A stretch of 32,000 bases of DNA. Source: Propionibacterium ruminifibrarum (GTDB taxonomy: Bacteria > Actinomycetota > Actinomycetes > Propionibacteriales > Propionibacteriaceae). The DNA is taken from the NCBI RefSeq assembly GCF_900289195.1, contig NZ_OMOH01000007.1:1-32000 (forward strand). The letters run 5' to 3'. The position numbers and the translations under genes were made by a program. Position 1 is the stretch's first letter. Every line of letters begins with the position of its first letter. The notes beneath the pieces are model-generated. The model was not told the DNA's origin and made no database searches. It was given only the letters and a program-made list of their open reading frames with translations. Positions 31,287 to 32,000 of this stretch are shown one piece after another.

Positions 31287-32000
31287 TCAGTCGAGGGCCG
31301 GTTCGGTCGTGGGCGTGGCAGCCGTCAGTACCGGGGCAGTCTGAGGGCCGGCTTGGCCGGACCTGCGGCCCACGAGGCCGTACCGGGGGCCGAGCGTCCT
31401 GATGAGCACCAGCACGACCAGGGCCGCGATCGTCTCGGCCACGATGATCGAGGACCAGATGCCCACGGGCCCGATGAGTGTCGGCAGCAGCAGCACCGAG
31501 CAGACCTCCAGACCGAGGGTCCGGCCAGCCGCCAGGGCCGCCGAGACGAGACCGTTGCCGAGGGCGGTGAACAGCGACGAGCCGTACATGCCCACGCCCA
31601 CCGACAGGAACGAGAGCGAGAAGATGCGGAAGGCCGTCTCGGTCAGTTGCATGAGCCTCGTGTCGTAGCCGGCGAAGATGAACGCCAGCGGGTGGGCGAG
31701 CAGCTGCGAGGCGACCATCATGAATGCGCCGGTGATGGTGATGATGGCGAGTGATCTGCGCATGAGGCTGCGCTTCTCGACATCGTTCGCGGCGCCGTGC
31801 TGGAAACTCATGAGCGGGGCCGAACCCATGCAGAAGCCCTCGAAGATCGCGGTGAAGATCATGCTGACGTACATGACCGTGCCGTAGGCGGCCACCCCGT
31901 CCTGGCCGATGAACCTCAGCAGCTGCAGGTTGTAGATGATGCTCACCACCGAGATGGAGATCGCGGCCATCATCTCGGACGAGCCGTTCACGCAGGCCCT
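31287..32000 (-). CDS. MATE family efflux transporter (C-terminal ~237 codons; 5' end beyond the window)
   Basis: Polytopic membrane sequence ...GVAAYGTVMYVSMIFTAIFEGFCMGSAPLMSFQHGA... is typical of the second half of MATE proteins. The frame stays open to position 32000. Confidence 0.85.
   Translation of the reverse strand, partial: RACVNGSSEMMAAISISVVSIIYNLQLLRFIGQDGVAAYGTVMYVSMIFTAIFEGFCMGSAPLMSFQHGAANDVEKRSLMRRSLAIITITGAFMMVASQLLAHPLAFIFAGYDTRLMQLTETAFRIFSLSFLSVGVGMYGSSLFTALGNGLVSAALAAGRTLGLEVCSVLLLPTLIGPVGIWSSIIVAETIAALVVLVLIRTLGPRYGLVGRRSGQAGPQTAPVLTAATPTTEPALD

Overview
High-GC actinobacterial chromosomal segment. The host is probably Actinomyces-like, judged only from gene content: sortase substrates, a DUF4143 ATPase and DUF4253. 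I support about 30 protein genes and found no rRNA, tRNA, CRISPR array or intact mobile element.

Layout:
- 1-6.9 kb: small regulator/oxidoreductase cassettes (TetR-SDR, Rrf2-quinone reductase, HxlR with NTF2-like and NAD(P)H-binding genes, SDR plus carboxymuconolactone-decarboxylase-family).
- 6.9-9.2 kb: a decayed stretch holding a stand-alone AAA+ / PD-(D/E)xK (DUF4143-type) ATPase. It is preceded by three 23-bp direct repeats and followed by about 0.6 kb with no credible ORF.
- 9.2-11.3 kb: an A/T-richer ZIP metal transporter and an aldo/keto reductase.
- 11.4-16.5 kb: an ABC-2 exporter (ATPase plus two permeases) divergent from a DesK/LiaS-like kinase and a NarL/LuxR response regulator.
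- 16.6-18.7 kb: a LysR regulator with a Cys-nucleophile alpha/beta hydrolase.
- 18.8-27.3 kb: the most accessory-looking part (see below).
- 27.5-32 kb: NAD(P)H-binding protein, two tandem aldo/keto reductases, a LysR regulator and a partial MATE exporter.

In the 18.8-27.3 kb part, two large sortase-type surface proteins flank an A/T-richer islet of small genes. One carries a 10-unit 21-bp tandem repeat. The other is a Pmp-repeat beta-helix protein with an MPRTG motif instead of LPXTG. Three genes here belong to families typical of polymorphic-toxin immunity proteins (DUF4253, ankyrin-like, SUFU-like), but no toxin is visible.

The most interesting leads are this orphan-immunity/adhesin cluster, the ATPase-nuclease singleton with upstream iteron-like repeats, and an apparent frameshift in one of two paralogous membrane/PH-like genes. 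All functional calls come from motifs read by eye. No database search was run.
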